DNA from: Verrucomicrobiaceae bacterium
Lineage (GTDB): Bacteria; Verrucomicrobiota; Verrucomicrobiia; Verrucomicrobiales; Verrucomicrobiaceae
Assembly (NCBI GenBank): GCA_947463285.1
Contig: CANHTV010000001.1
Location: forward strand, 1-33,968
Length of the DNA stretch: 33,968 bases
Direction of reading: 5' to 3'
Under the pieces are notes generated by a model, which saw nothing but the letters and a program-made list of their open reading frames with translations, searched no databases and was not told the DNA's origin. Positions 16,793-26,601 of the stretch are shown in pieces (positions within the stretch are counted from its first letter, which is position 1; each line of letters starts with the position of its first letter). The translations under genes and the position numbers were made by a program.

Positions 16793-18222
16793 ACCCGGAC
16801 CCGATTCATACTACACGCCGCTACTTTCTCGGCCAATGTACAGGCGTCTCAGTCGGCGCGATGGCCTTGCAATCGCTGCTGGCGCGAGGGGCTGAGGCTA
16901 GCCCCATCGGGCTGCCGCATTTGCCGCATTTCGCGCCAAAAGCGAAGCGAGTCATCTTTCTCACACAGTCCGGCGGGCCTTCGCAGTTGGAGTTGTTTGA
17001 TCACAAGCCGGATCTGATGAAATGGGCGGGTAAGGTGCTGCCGGAGTCGGTGCGTCAGGGGCAGCGCCTCACGACCATGACGGCAAACCAAAAGCAGCTC
17101 ATCCTGCCTGGTATCACGAAGTTTTCCCGCTGTGGTCAAAGTGGAGCCACGATCAGTGAATGGTTGCCGCATCTGCAAGGCGTGGCGGATGACCTTTGCT
17201 TCATCAAGTCGATGACCACGGATCAGATCAATCACGCGCCAGCCATGACGCAGTTTTTGACGGGGAATCAACTGCCTGGACGCCCAAGTCTTGGTGCCTG
17301 GGTGAGTTATGGTCTCGGCAGCACGAATCAAAATCTGCCCGACTATCTCGTGCTGATCTCGAAGATGCTGCGCCCAAGTGATCAACCGCTGTATGATCAC
17401 TACTGGGGCAGCGGCTTTCTGCCCTCTCGCTATCAGGGCGTGAAGCTGCGGAACTCCAAAGACCCGGTTCTTTATCTCAGCGATCCTGCCGGTCTCCCAA
17501 GGCATCTGCGTCGTGGCATGTTGGACGGGCTCGCCGAGCTGAATCAAAGCCACTTTGAGCAAACTCACGACCCTGAAATTACCACCCGCATCCGCCAGTA
17601 TGAGATGGCTTATCGAATGCAGGCCAGCGTGCCGGAGTTGACCGATCTCACGGGTGAGCCGGATCATGTCTTTGACATGTATGGTCCTGACTCACGTCGC
17701 GCGGGAAGCTATGCGGCGAACTGCATCCTAGCGCGTCGTCTGGCAGAGCGTGGTGTGCGTTTCATCCAGCTTTTCCATCCCGACTGGGATCACCACAGTC
17801 GACTGCCGAGCTGGTGCACCGCCCGTTGTAGGGATACCGATCAGCCGAGCGCTGCTCTCATCAAAGATCTCAAACAACGCGGCCTTCTCGATGAGACACT
17901 CGTCATCTGGGGCGGCGAATTTGGCCGAGGTGTGGCAGGCCAGGGCAAGTGGGACAGCCCTGAGGCCGGGCGTGATCATCATCCACGCTGCTTCACCATG
18001 TGGATGGCGGGCGGCGGCATCAAGCCGGGCATGACCTACGGCGCCACGGATGAGTTCAGCTACAACGTCGCCGAAAATCCCGTCCACGTCCGTGATCTGC
18101 ATGCCACGGTGATGCACCAACTCGGCATTGATCACGAGCGCTTCACCTTCCGTGCCCAGGGTCTCGACTTCCGCCTCACCGGCGTGGAGCCGACGCATGT
18201 CGTGAAAGATGTGCTGGCCTGA
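16789..18222 (+). CDS. DUF1501 domain-containing Tat-exported protein
   Basis: TRRYFL signal, HFAPKAKRVIFL..GGPSQLELFDHKP, ARRLAERGVRFIQL, WGGEFGR, GRDHH, HVRDLHAT. Confidence 0.92.
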   Translation: MNPDPIHTTRRYFLGQCTGVSVGAMALQSLLARGAEASPIGLPHLPHFAPKAKRVIFLTQSGGPSQLELFDHKPDLMKWAGKVLPESVRQGQRLTTMTANQKQLILPGITKFSRCGQSGATISEWLPHLQGVADDLCFIKSMTTDQINHAPAMTQFLTGNQLPGRPSLGAWVSYGLGSTNQNLPDYLVLISKMLRPSDQPLYDHYWGSGFLPSRYQGVKLRNSKDPVLYLSDPAGLPRHLRRGMLDGLAELNQSHFEQTHDPEITTRIRQYEMAYRMQASVPELTDLTGEPDHVFDMYGPDSRRAGSYAANCILARRLAERGVRFIQLFHPDWDHHSRLPSWCTARCRDTDQPSAALIKDLKQRGLLDETLVIWGGEFGRGVAGQGKWDSPEAGRDHHPRCFTMWMAGGGIKPGMTYGATDEFSYNVAENPVHVRDLHATVMHQLGIDHERFTFRAQGLDFRLTGVEPTHVVKDVLA

Positions 18223-18324
18223 TGATCCGATCATTGACACTATTCCATGTTAGGAACTGCTAAAGCTGATAAAAACCATTTGCTCAGTCTCAGTAGCCGT
18301 GTATTTTACTAGCCCTCCGATTTC

Positions 18325-18399
18325 GCGCGGTTAGCTCAGTGGTAGAGCATTACCTTGACATGGTAGGGGTCACAGGTTCGAACCCTGTACCGCGCACCA
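18325..18399 (+). tRNA. tRNA-Val(GAC)
   Basis: Acceptor stem GCGCGGT/ACCGCGC, D arm GCTC/GAGC, anticodon loop TT-GAC-AT, T arm ACAGG-TTCGAAC-CCTGT, encoded CCA. Confidence 0.98.
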
Positions 18400-18522
18400 T
18401 CGGACACCAACTTTCTCAATGATTTAAGAGAGGTTGCTCAAAACGACTGAATTCGTTTTCTAGATGTAACGTTCATTCGATCAGGCACTCAAGTGTGTTC
18501 TTTCGTGTTGATGGCGATCATG

Positions 18523-18554
18523 AAAAAAGCGCACTCGATGTTCATCAAGTGCGC
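18523..18554 (-). terminator. Intrinsic terminator of the heme-binding protein gene
   Basis: Minus strand GCGCACTTGATG-AA-CATCGAGTGCGC followed by TTTTTT. Confidence 0.8.
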
Positions 18555-18584
18555 CTTGTGAGGGGAATGGAGTTGCCGTGAAAA

Positions 18585-21500
18585 TTACTTTTTCATGGGA
18601 TGCTCCTTGAGCAGCTCTTCGGTGTTGTAAAACAGCATGCGGCCAGGATTGGCATCGCGGACTTTTTTGACTTCGGCTGGCTTGATCGGCTCTGATTGGT
18701 TGCCAAAACTATTGCGCACGAAGGTCAGCACGGCGGCCAGTTCATCATCTTTTAACATGCCGCCGAATGGTGTCATCGGCACCTGGCCGTCATATTTTTT
18801 ACCATTCACTTCGATGGGGCCCATGAGGCCGTAGAGCGCGATTTTGATGAGGCGCTCTGGATCTTCACTGACCCAGGGGCTTTTCACCAGTGAGGGAAAG
18901 GCTGGATCGAGTCCGGCTCCGTTGGCCTGATGACATGTGCCGCAGTGACCGTCGCGGAAATACACTTCCTGGCCGGCAAGGTATTGTTTTTTGGCCTCGG
19001 CGCTCAGATGTGCTGGTGCGGCGAGCGTGGCGTGCTCTGCCACGACTTTGTCTGCGATGCCTGCGAGGCGGTCGCGAGCAGTCTCCGTGGCGGCTTTGTT
19101 CCACTCATCCAATGGCAGTGCTGCGGCGGTGGCGACGATCTTCTTGGCTGCCGTCGTGTTCGGCAGCCAGGAGGCGGCGACAACGGCTTCGAGACGCACA
19201 CGTCCATGCTCATCAGCGGCGGCCTTTTCGAGGAGAGCGGCGTGGTCTGAGATGCGGTGGTGATTGTAGCGAAGCACACGCACTGCTGCGGCACGCGCAT
19301 GGAAGTCAGGCGACTGGAGCATCTGGCGAAGCAGGCTTTCATCGACTTGGTTGAGGCCCCAGGTGGTCCAAAGAGCTTCTGTCAGGTGATGTTGATACTC
19401 GGGGTCGGCTTTATCGAGGCCTGCTGTCCAGGTTTTCAGGGCGGCGAGCACGTCTGCAGCAGGATATGCACGCAGAGCACGGCGGCTGCGGTAGCGGGCA
19501 CGATACTCAGGCAGCTTCAGGTTTTCCAAGAGCTCTGGAATGCTCGCTCCTGCGACTTTGGCAGGTTGCACGAGTGGGCGGCTGGGGTAGGTGATGCGAT
19601 AGACACGGCCATGAACATGGTCACGCAGCGGGTCACGGGCATTGTGCTGCATGTGACCGATGAGCACATTGTGCCAGTCGATGACGTAGAGTGAGCCATC
19701 TGGAGCGAATTCGAGGTCTGCTGGGCGGAAATTGCCGTCTTCAGACTTCAGCAAATCGTGGCGGAAGGTTGTCTTCCAGCCTGTGCCTTCGTCTTGGATC
19801 TGGTGCTGTTTGATGCCGAGGAAACCGATGGCGTTGCAGAGAATGATGTCGCCCTGAACTTCATCAGGAAAGTGGCGTGAAGAAACGACTTCCAGTCCCG
19901 AGGTCGGGCGCACTTTTTGTCCATCAGGGATGAGGTCGCGAGTGGATGGAGTTTTTGCTCCATAAGGAGGTTTCACTGAGACTGGGAGCATCCAGTTCAT
20001 GCTCGTGCCGGAGGTGTGTAGGAAGAAATCCTGCCCCCAGCGATCAAAGGCTGCTCCCCAGGGATTTGGGATGTTCAGCTGGGCCGTGCGCTCCAGCATT
20101 CCGCGCTGCGGGCTGTAGCGAAAGAAACCGCCATCGACACCACGGATTGGTCCGTATGGTGTCTCGACATTCGTGTGGAGAAAGACACCCTCGCACAAAA
20201 TGAAGGCACCGGAGGGATCTGCGGCATAAGCGCTGATCGCATGGTGAGTGTCATGAGAATCAAAACCTCCAAGTACGATCTCGCGCACATCGGCCTTGTC
20301 ATCGCCATTCGTGTCACGCAGGAGCACAAGGTTTGGCTCTTGGGAAACATAAACACCTTCAGGAGCAAATTCGAAACCAATGGGTAGATGTAGTTTGTCA
20401 GCGAAGACAGTTTCTTTGTCGGCTTTGCCGTCAGCGTTGGTGTCTTCATAGATGAGCAGCTTGTCATCAGGCAGGGCATCACCAGGACGATAATGCGGGT
20501 AAGTGGGCATGACGGCCACCCACAGACGACCTTTGTCATCAAAGGAAAGCTGCATGGGGTTCGCCAGATTTGGGAACTCTTTCTCGGATGCAAAAAGCTT
20601 AACTTGATAGCCTTCGGGAACGGTCAGGCTCTTTTCCGCAGCTTCACCATAACGATACTCCGTACTGCCGTTTTTGACACTTGGCTGGTAGTTTGTCGGC
20701 ACTGGAGGGAGCTGATGCGTCTTCGAGTCATCGACGCCAAGAGTGTTCTTTTTAGCCGCGACGACCTCGTGAATTTGCGCGTCACGCAGAGCCGCCATCT
20801 CACGAATTTTTTTGACTTCATCCGGGTAGTTTTGCGGGCCGAATGGATTGTAGCGACGACCATGGGTATGGACGCCGTTGAGGATGTTGTAGTCGTTGTT
20901 CCAGAACCAGTCTTTGTCCTTCACCGCAGAATGAACTAGGGCAGGATCAGCTTTCGACTGATGAGACTGATGTCCATAAAGTCCGGTGGCCAGAATATCC
21001 GCGATCTTTTGGTAACCGAGGTCATTCGGGATGAAGCCGCCGGTTGTGAGAGGTTCTTGTGCCTTGTTGAACAGGTCTTTGGTGGGATTAAAAAGATCAA
21101 CAAACGTCAGGTTATGCTTCTTAGCCACAGCCTCCATGGCATTGGCATAGAGAGCTAATGCGGCGTTTTCTTTGTCGCCATTTGGCAGGTCGCGTTTGGT
21201 GCTCTGGTTTTCATAAGCAATGGGAGAAACCAGCACGAGTCGTGGTGCCGTCTTGCCATTGTAAGCCTTGCTCAGAGTGTGTTGCACAAAGGCTTCAAGC
21301 TCCGCCTGGAAGTTCGCTACACGGTCAGCTCCGTCGAAGGATTCATTGTAGCCAAAGAAGGCGACGATGGTATCAGCCTTCAGATGCGTGAGCCATTGAT
21401 CAGGCGTCGGGAAAAAGCCCTGGCCTTGATGAATCTTGTTTTCGGGCCGGAATTGTTCGGCACCAGGGAAAGCCCATTGGGACTTGCGCGAGGGATGCGG

Positions 21501-21824
21501 GCGGAAGCCGGGTGTGTCACCTGGACGTCCCATGTTGCGGACAAAGAGCTCACTGTCTGGATAGCGGAGGTGTAGCTCAGTTTCGAGGCGGTTGTAGTAA
21601 ACATCACGCTCGGCGAGTCCGTTGCCAATGAAGACGATGCGCTCACCTTTCTGTGGTGGCGCGACCTGCTGTGGCCGGGCAGATGAAGCGGTCTGCGGCT
21701 CGGCATTCGGCGCATGGGGTGGCTGCTCTTCAGCAGGTTTTTTTTCAGGAGGCTGCTGGGCTGATGCCAGACTCATCAGGCCGATGAGCGTCGCAGTAAG
21801 GACGGGTAACTGGAGTTTCTTCAT
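18585..21824 (-). CDS. PVC-type heme-binding CxxCH protein (SGNH-like domain + beta-propeller dehydrogenase-like domain + HEAT repeats + cytochrome c)
   Basis: Signal peptide; RIVFIGNGLAER...RNMGRPGDT (SGNH-like); LANPMQLSFDDKGRLWV, FRPADLEFAPDGSLYVIDW, RDHVHGRVYRI; HEAT-like RAAAVRVL; CGTCH with distal PMTPFG. Confidence 0.9.
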   Translation of the reverse strand: MKKLQLPVLTATLIGLMSLASAQQPPEKKPAEEQPPHAPNAEPQTASSARPQQVAPPQKGERIVFIGNGLAERDVYYNRLETELHLRYPDSELFVRNMGRPGDTPGFRPHPSRKSQWAFPGAEQFRPENKIHQGQGFFPTPDQWLTHLKADTIVAFFGYNESFDGADRVANFQAELEAFVQHTLSKAYNGKTAPRLVLVSPIAYENQSTKRDLPNGDKENAALALYANAMEAVAKKHNLTFVDLFNPTKDLFNKAQEPLTTGGFIPNDLGYQKIADILATGLYGHQSHQSKADPALVHSAVKDKDWFWNNDYNILNGVHTHGRRYNPFGPQNYPDEVKKIREMAALRDAQIHEVVAAKKNTLGVDDSKTHQLPPVPTNYQPSVKNGSTEYRYGEAAEKSLTVPEGYQVKLFASEKEFPNLANPMQLSFDDKGRLWVAVMPTYPHYRPGDALPDDKLLIYEDTNADGKADKETVFADKLHLPIGFEFAPEGVYVSQEPNLVLLRDTNGDDKADVREIVLGGFDSHDTHHAISAYAADPSGAFILCEGVFLHTNVETPYGPIRGVDGGFFRYSPQRGMLERTAQLNIPNPWGAAFDRWGQDFFLHTSGTSMNWMLPVSVKPPYGAKTPSTRDLIPDGQKVRPTSGLEVVSSRHFPDEVQGDIILCNAIGFLGIKQHQIQDEGTGWKTTFRHDLLKSEDGNFRPADLEFAPDGSLYVIDWHNVLIGHMQHNARDPLRDHVHGRVYRITYPSRPLVQPAKVAGASIPELLENLKLPEYRARYRSRRALRAYPAADVLAALKTWTAGLDKADPEYQHHLTEALWTTWGLNQVDESLLRQMLQSPDFHARAAAVRVLRYNHHRISDHAALLEKAAADEHGRVRLEAVVAASWLPNTTAAKKIVATAAALPLDEWNKAATETARDRLAGIADKVVAEHATLAAPAHLSAEAKKQYLAGQEVYFRDGHCGTCHQANGAGLDPAFPSLVKSPWVSEDPERLIKIALYGLMGPIEVNGKKYDGQVPMTPFGGMLKDDELAAVLTFVRNSFGNQSEPIKPAEVKKVRDANPGRMLFYNTEELLKEHPMKK

Positions 21825-21896
21825 GGATGGTTAATAAAAGATCGTGCGGCAATCCTAATACCACTCCACTGAATGAAACCGGACAAACAAAATCTG

Positions 21897-22796
21897 TCAG
21901 GTGCAGAATTTTGACTCAAGGCGGGCCTCGCCTGGGTAGCTGACATGCATGAGATAAAGCCCGCAGGCAGGCGCTGTCTGGTGCGTTTGTGGGCCATCTG
22001 AGCGGCTCAAGAGATCTGAAAACCATGCTGTGGATGCACGCCCACGAGCTACTTGCATTAGGCTGCCCACGATCATACGGACCATTTTGTATAGAAAACC
22101 GTCACCTTCGAATTCGAGCTGGATCACGTCATCGGTCTCCGAAATTTCAGCGCGGTGGATGGTGCGCGTGGTTTTTTCTGGCAGAGCTCGGCGCTTCTCT
22201 TCAGGCATGTCTCCACGATTGGCGGAAAGTCGGACGAAGTTGTGAGTGCCAACCAGTTTTTGGGCGCAGTTATGGAGGGCCTGCATGTCAAGAGGGCCAT
22301 AGATGTGCCATGCGCGGTCCGCTTCAAATGGCGAGAGTAACTGCGGGCGCCAGATGCGGTAGCGATAGGTTTTACCAACGGCGTCAAAACGCGCATGAAA
22401 GTGGTCATCCGCGAATTGTAAATCCGTCACACGAATGCTCAGCGGCAGGCAGGCATTGAGGGCTTTCCGCCAAGCCACCGCATTCATGCGGATCGAGTCC
22501 GGCACGTCCACGTGGGCCACCTGTCCATAAGCATGAACTCCAGCATCAGTGCGGCCGCTGCCATGCACCTTCACCTCGAAGCCGGTGGCTTTCAAAACAG
22601 ACTCCTGAAAGACATCTTGTATCCCGTCACCGCTTTCCTGGCCCTGCCAGCCGCGCCAAGGTGTCCCGCAGTAGGATAACGTCAGGCGCAGCCGCTTAAA
22701 GCCTGGGGCGGCGGCTTTTCTCAGGCCTAGCTTCGTTTCTGCATCATTCACGGGTCTCATGTTCGGGAGTTGTTTCCATGACAGCACATCATCCAT
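21897..22796 (-). CDS. truA: tRNA pseudouridine(38-40) synthase TruA
   Basis: GSGRTDAGVHA, FHARFDA, GTHNF, GDGFLYKMVR, TAPACGLYL. True start may lie a few codons inside. Confidence 0.95.
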   Translation of the reverse strand: MDDVLSWKQLPNMRPVNDAETKLGLRKAAAPGFKRLRLTLSYCGTPWRGWQGQESGDGIQDVFQESVLKATGFEVKVHGSGRTDAGVHAYGQVAHVDVPDSIRMNAVAWRKALNACLPLSIRVTDLQFADDHFHARFDAVGKTYRYRIWRPQLLSPFEADRAWHIYGPLDMQALHNCAQKLVGTHNFVRLSANRGDMPEEKRRALPEKTTRTIHRAEISETDDVIQLEFEGDGFLYKMVRMIVGSLMQVARGRASTAWFSDLLSRSDGPQTHQTAPACGLYLMHVSYPGEARLESKFCT

Positions 22797-22904
22797 AAAT
22801 CAATGTCGCAGCATCAGATCAGCTGAAGGTGAAAATATTTTTCATGTCGATGAATAGGCAGCCAAGGGCTTCGTCGAAATCTCCCGAACACCAAGTTCAA
22901 CAAA

Positions 22905-23258
22905 ATGAAAACGATCCTTACTATCCTCGCAGTCAGTTCAGTTCTCGGCTTTGCCTCTCCATCCGAAATTCAAGCTCGCGATTTTTGCTCGCACGGTCAT
23001 ACACGAGTCGTCTCTTATCTGCCATGTGGTCGGCCCGTTTATGCTGTGTATCAGGTCTATGGATATGACCGTTGCGGTAACCCTGTTGGGCACTGGGTGA
23101 CGCAAAGAGAGAGCTGTGGATGCAGTCGTTGCAGCCCTCCGCGTCATTACGCTCCTTCATGTCCTCCTGAACGTGGTTTCAGTGGCAGTAGCGCTGGTTT
23201 GTCGGGGCACTCCTATCATGGCCCTGGTCGGAGTTGGTTTTTCTCGTTTGGTCGTTAA
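22905..23258 (+). CDS. Small secreted Cys/His-rich hypothetical protein
   Basis: MKTILTILAVSSVLGFA signal peptide; 7 Cys; fills the intergenic space in the direction of the downstream genes. Confidence 0.75.
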   Translation: MKTILTILAVSSVLGFASPSEIQARDFCSHGHTRVVSYLPCGRPVYAVYQVYGYDRCGNPVGHWVTQRESCGCSRCSPPRHYAPSCPPERGFSGSSAGLSGHSYHGPGRSWFFSFGR

Positions 23259-23331
23259 TCCAGGCATGATCACAGCGAGGGTGAAAAACGAGTCTTGATT
23301 CCGCAAAACGGCGTCACTATGCTGAGACGTC

Positions 23332-24012
23332 ATGAAACCCATCAGCACCGCTCTTTTCGCCCTCGCCTGCATCGCTCTATCGGGCAAAGTCCAAGCAAAC
23401 CCTGAAATTCCTGGCGTCATTTCTCAAACTTTCGGCCAAGCCGTGGCCAGCAATGTTTTGCTACTCAAAGGTAGCGGTACGACCTCTGAACCAGTCGAGT
23501 GGGTCGCCTACTCGCGCGACGCTTTCCGTCAGGAAGAAATCCTGCGCATCAACCTCAAGTTCGAAGGCGCGAACTGGAAGGCCTCACCTGATGGTGCTGG
23601 CAGCAAAGTCCTCTCCCCGGCTCCTCCTCGTACTTTGGATTTCTCTAGGCTGCGCACTCGCAGTGCCGAGGCCCGAGTTGTCGCCGCTAAAGCAGCAGCT
23701 CTGGCGCAGGCAAATTTTGCCAGTGTAGACTATCAATTAGCCTCCAACCTCGAGTCCGGTGTGCCGGAGTGGGGGCTAGCACTTAAGGATGCCTCAGGCT
23801 ACGAAATCGGCTTCTGCGTCATCTCTGGGGAAACAGGAGCGCTTATTTTCCAAGATTGGACACCGCGCATGCCTGGCTCTATCACCGTAAAAGACCCCAG
23901 TGGAGGCGAACGCGCAGCGCAGTCCGTCAAACGCACAGCTCGCAAAGCTTGGAACTGGACGGATAAGGCACGCACGGAAACCAAAAGTTTCTTCCGTGAG
24001 CTCTTTCGTTAA
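23332..24012 (+). CDS. Secreted hypothetical protein
   Basis: Signal peptide MKPISTALFALACIALSGKVQA; 226 aa ORF; basic amphipathic C-terminus. Confidence 0.8.
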   Translation: MKPISTALFALACIALSGKVQANPEIPGVISQTFGQAVASNVLLLKGSGTTSEPVEWVAYSRDAFRQEEILRINLKFEGANWKASPDGAGSKVLSPAPPRTLDFSRLRTRSAEARVVAAKAAALAQANFASVDYQLASNLESGVPEWGLALKDASGYEIGFCVISGETGALIFQDWTPRMPGSITVKDPSGGERAAQSVKRTARKAWNWTDKARTETKSFFRELFR

Positions 24013-24158
24013 TTCTACAAAACACGCTGGCCCAAGTGCAGAAATTGCCACATGAAAGGCGTTTTTACGTCTTGACGCACTATGCCTAGGCAGCATTACT
24101 GAAAGGCTATGCTCACACGCTTGAGCTAGCTGTTTGTAGTTTCCACGTTTACCTTCTT

Positions 24159-26552
24159 ATGACCGGAGTCACCTTCTCGACACGATTCGTTCTATGCCCG
24201 TTTTTGGCATTGGCGCTTACTGGCGCAAACCTCACCCAGGTGAATGCGCAACTTTCCTTGGATGCACCGGCGGCGGCAACAGGGCGAAAAATCGTCAACC
24301 AAGTCGATGTGGTTTTCAAGGGTGCTGCGACCATGGATCCAGCTCGCGTGCGCGCCCAAATGTCGACTCGTGTTGGAGAGCCGTTCTCCGATGAATCTGT
24401 CGAGCGTGATATTCGCAACCTTTACGCCACAGGTTCAGTCGAGAATGTCGATATCCAATCCGTCCCTGCTGGTGGTGGTGTCAGGGTAATAGTCACTATC
24501 TCTGGTCGTGGGGGAATCGCTGAACTCAGCTTCCTTGGCAATGCTGCCATAGATAACGACAAACTGCGCAAAGAAATCGAAATTCAAGTCGGAGATCCAG
24601 TGGATGATGCCAAGTTAACCACAGCTCAGCAAAAAATTCGCGAGCTATACGAGAAGAAGGGTTTCTCTGATGTGGGTGTTACCTATGATGTCACGCCAAG
24701 TGCCAAAGAAGGCTTCTCCAGTGTGCTTTTTAAAATCGAAGAAGGTGGTCGCGGTCTAATCGGTGACATTCGTTTTGAAGGAAACAACAACATCAGTGCC
24801 AAGAAGTTGAAATCCAAGATCAAGAGTAAGGAAAAAACCTTTTACCGTCTGTGGGGCAAAGCTGGCAAACTCGACAACCAAGCTGTACTCGATGATGTCA
24901 AAATCATCGAGCAAGCTTACCAAGATGAAGGCTATGTTTATGTCAAAGTCAGCTACCGCCGTGAGCCGATTGACGAAAAGAGCGTGGCTCTAATCTTTGA
25001 AGTCTATGAAGGCGGCAAATACGATGTCGCGGTTGTCGATCTTCAGGGGATCACCATCTTTACTAAGACGGAGCTGACCCCTGCCATCCGCACTGAAGCT
25101 GGTTTTCCTTATTCTGGAAGCGACGTGAAGGGTGATGAGAAGATGATCATGGACTACTACGGTTCCAGAGGCTATGCCGATGCTCGTGTGGACACACAGT
25201 TGACTGATGCTGGCCCGGGCAAGCTTAATGTGACTTACAATGTTTTTGAAGGCGGCAAATCCTTCATTCGTAAGGTCAACGTCAGCGGTAATGCAAAAAC
25301 CAAAGATGAAGTTATTCGCCGTGAACTTCCATTCGCACCCGGAGACCCTCTGAATACAGTTCAGCTGGAAACGGCGCAGACTACTCTGGAAAATATGAAT
25401 TATTTCGAGACCAAAGGGGAGGCTAACCCACTGACTGTGCGTCCTATCCAAACTGAGGTTGAAGGTTTTAAGGACGTTGAGATTAATGTTTTCGAGAAAC
25501 CTACTGGTTCGGTCAACTTCGGCGCAGGTTTCAGCTCGATCGATAGCTTGGTCGGTTTTGTCGATGTCACCCAGACCAACTTCGACATCACCGACTGGCA
25601 GGATTTTCGTGGTGCAGGTCAGAGGTTCAATCTGAACATGCGTTACGGCACTCGTACTTCGACCTTTAACACATCTTGGACCGAGCCATGGTTCCTTGGT
25701 CAAAAACTGGCTCTTACCACGCAGCTTTTTTATCAAAATCTCTTTTTCTTGTCCACCCGATATGATCAAAGAAATATTGGTGCCTCCATCGGTCTGCGTA
25801 AACCTCTAGGTGCTCATGCTTATTTGGATGGTACCTACACAGCTCAACAAGTCGATATTGATGTGGATGAAGGTGGCAATGCCACAAATCTACTTAGGTC
25901 CGAAGAACAGGAATACTTCCAGAGCAAATTTGAACTCAGTTTTGTTCATGACACTCGGGATAGCGTCTTCATTACACGCAAAGGTCACAAATTCGAAGCG
26001 GGTATTCTCGCTTCTGGTCTCGGTGGGGATGTTGAAGTGTGGGGTGCTAACATTGGTGGACAGCAATACCTTCACCTACCCGGTGATACCATCTTGAGCT
26101 TTGAAGGTATGGCACGCTGGGTCGATAGCTGGGGTAATGACGGCGTGCCGATCTTCGAGCGTCAGTTCCTCGGTGGTGCCAACAACTTGCGCGGTTATGA
26201 TTACCGTGAAGTAGGACCGAAAGACAGCGTCGGCGAGCCTGTCGGTGGTGATTTTTCCATCTACGGAACTGTTGAATTCACCTTCCCAATCATCGAAAAA
26301 GTGCGTGGAGCTGTTTTCTGGGATGTCGGTATGGTCTCATCAGATATTGAAGCAGCCACAGGATCTGCCGGCGGTAACCGAAACGGTGGCCCGATCATTG
26401 GAGAAGGTGAGATTTATTCGAACGTCGGTATCGGTCTGCGCATGTTCCTTCCAGTTGGTCCTATCCGCGTTGATTTGGGTCTGCCTCTCGTGAAAGACGA
26501 TTTCGTCGGAAACAGTCCGCGATTCCAATTCAACATGGGTTATAAATTCTAA
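24159..26552 (+). CDS. bamA: Outer membrane protein assembly factor BamA
   Basis: POTRA repeats (GNAKTKDEVIRREL), EKPTGSVNFGAGFSS, LRGY loop-6 motif, C-terminal FQFNMGYKF; lies upstream of skp-lpxD. Confidence 0.97.
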   Translation: MTGVTFSTRFVLCPFLALALTGANLTQVNAQLSLDAPAAATGRKIVNQVDVVFKGAATMDPARVRAQMSTRVGEPFSDESVERDIRNLYATGSVENVDIQSVPAGGGVRVIVTISGRGGIAELSFLGNAAIDNDKLRKEIEIQVGDPVDDAKLTTAQQKIRELYEKKGFSDVGVTYDVTPSAKEGFSSVLFKIEEGGRGLIGDIRFEGNNNISAKKLKSKIKSKEKTFYRLWGKAGKLDNQAVLDDVKIIEQAYQDEGYVYVKVSYRREPIDEKSVALIFEVYEGGKYDVAVVDLQGITIFTKTELTPAIRTEAGFPYSGSDVKGDEKMIMDYYGSRGYADARVDTQLTDAGPGKLNVTYNVFEGGKSFIRKVNVSGNAKTKDEVIRRELPFAPGDPLNTVQLETAQTTLENMNYFETKGEANPLTVRPIQTEVEGFKDVEINVFEKPTGSVNFGAGFSSIDSLVGFVDVTQTNFDITDWQDFRGAGQRFNLNMRYGTRTSTFNTSWTEPWFLGQKLALTTQLFYQNLFFLSTRYDQRNIGASIGLRKPLGAHAYLDGTYTAQQVDIDVDEGGNATNLLRSEEQEYFQSKFELSFVHDTRDSVFITRKGHKFEAGILASGLGGDVEVWGANIGGQQYLHLPGDTILSFEGMARWVDSWGNDGVPIFERQFLGGANNLRGYDYREVGPKDSVGEPVGGDFSIYGTVEFTFPIIEKVRGAVFWDVGMVSSDIEAATGSAGGNRNGGPIIGEGEIYSNVGIGLRMFLPVGPIRVDLGLPLVKDDFVGNSPRFQFNMGYKF

Positions 26553-26601
26553 ATTATTCTTGCCTCTAAAGGCAGCTTTTCTTGTCACAATACTTCCTTC
26601 T

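Noticed and set aside
18234-18266. TTGACA as the -35 of the tRNA promoter
   Set aside because: No acceptable -10 at 16-18 nt spacing.
7223-18399. Genomic island integrated at tRNA-Val
   Set aside because: No integrase, no duplicated tRNA 3' end seen, and the cluster lies on the 5' side of the tRNA.
9062-25769. Long antisense ORFs (e.g. 9062..9721, 14538..15254, 16849..17667, 24990..25769)
   Set aside because: Shadow frames of well-supported genes in GC-rich DNA, with no recognisable motifs.
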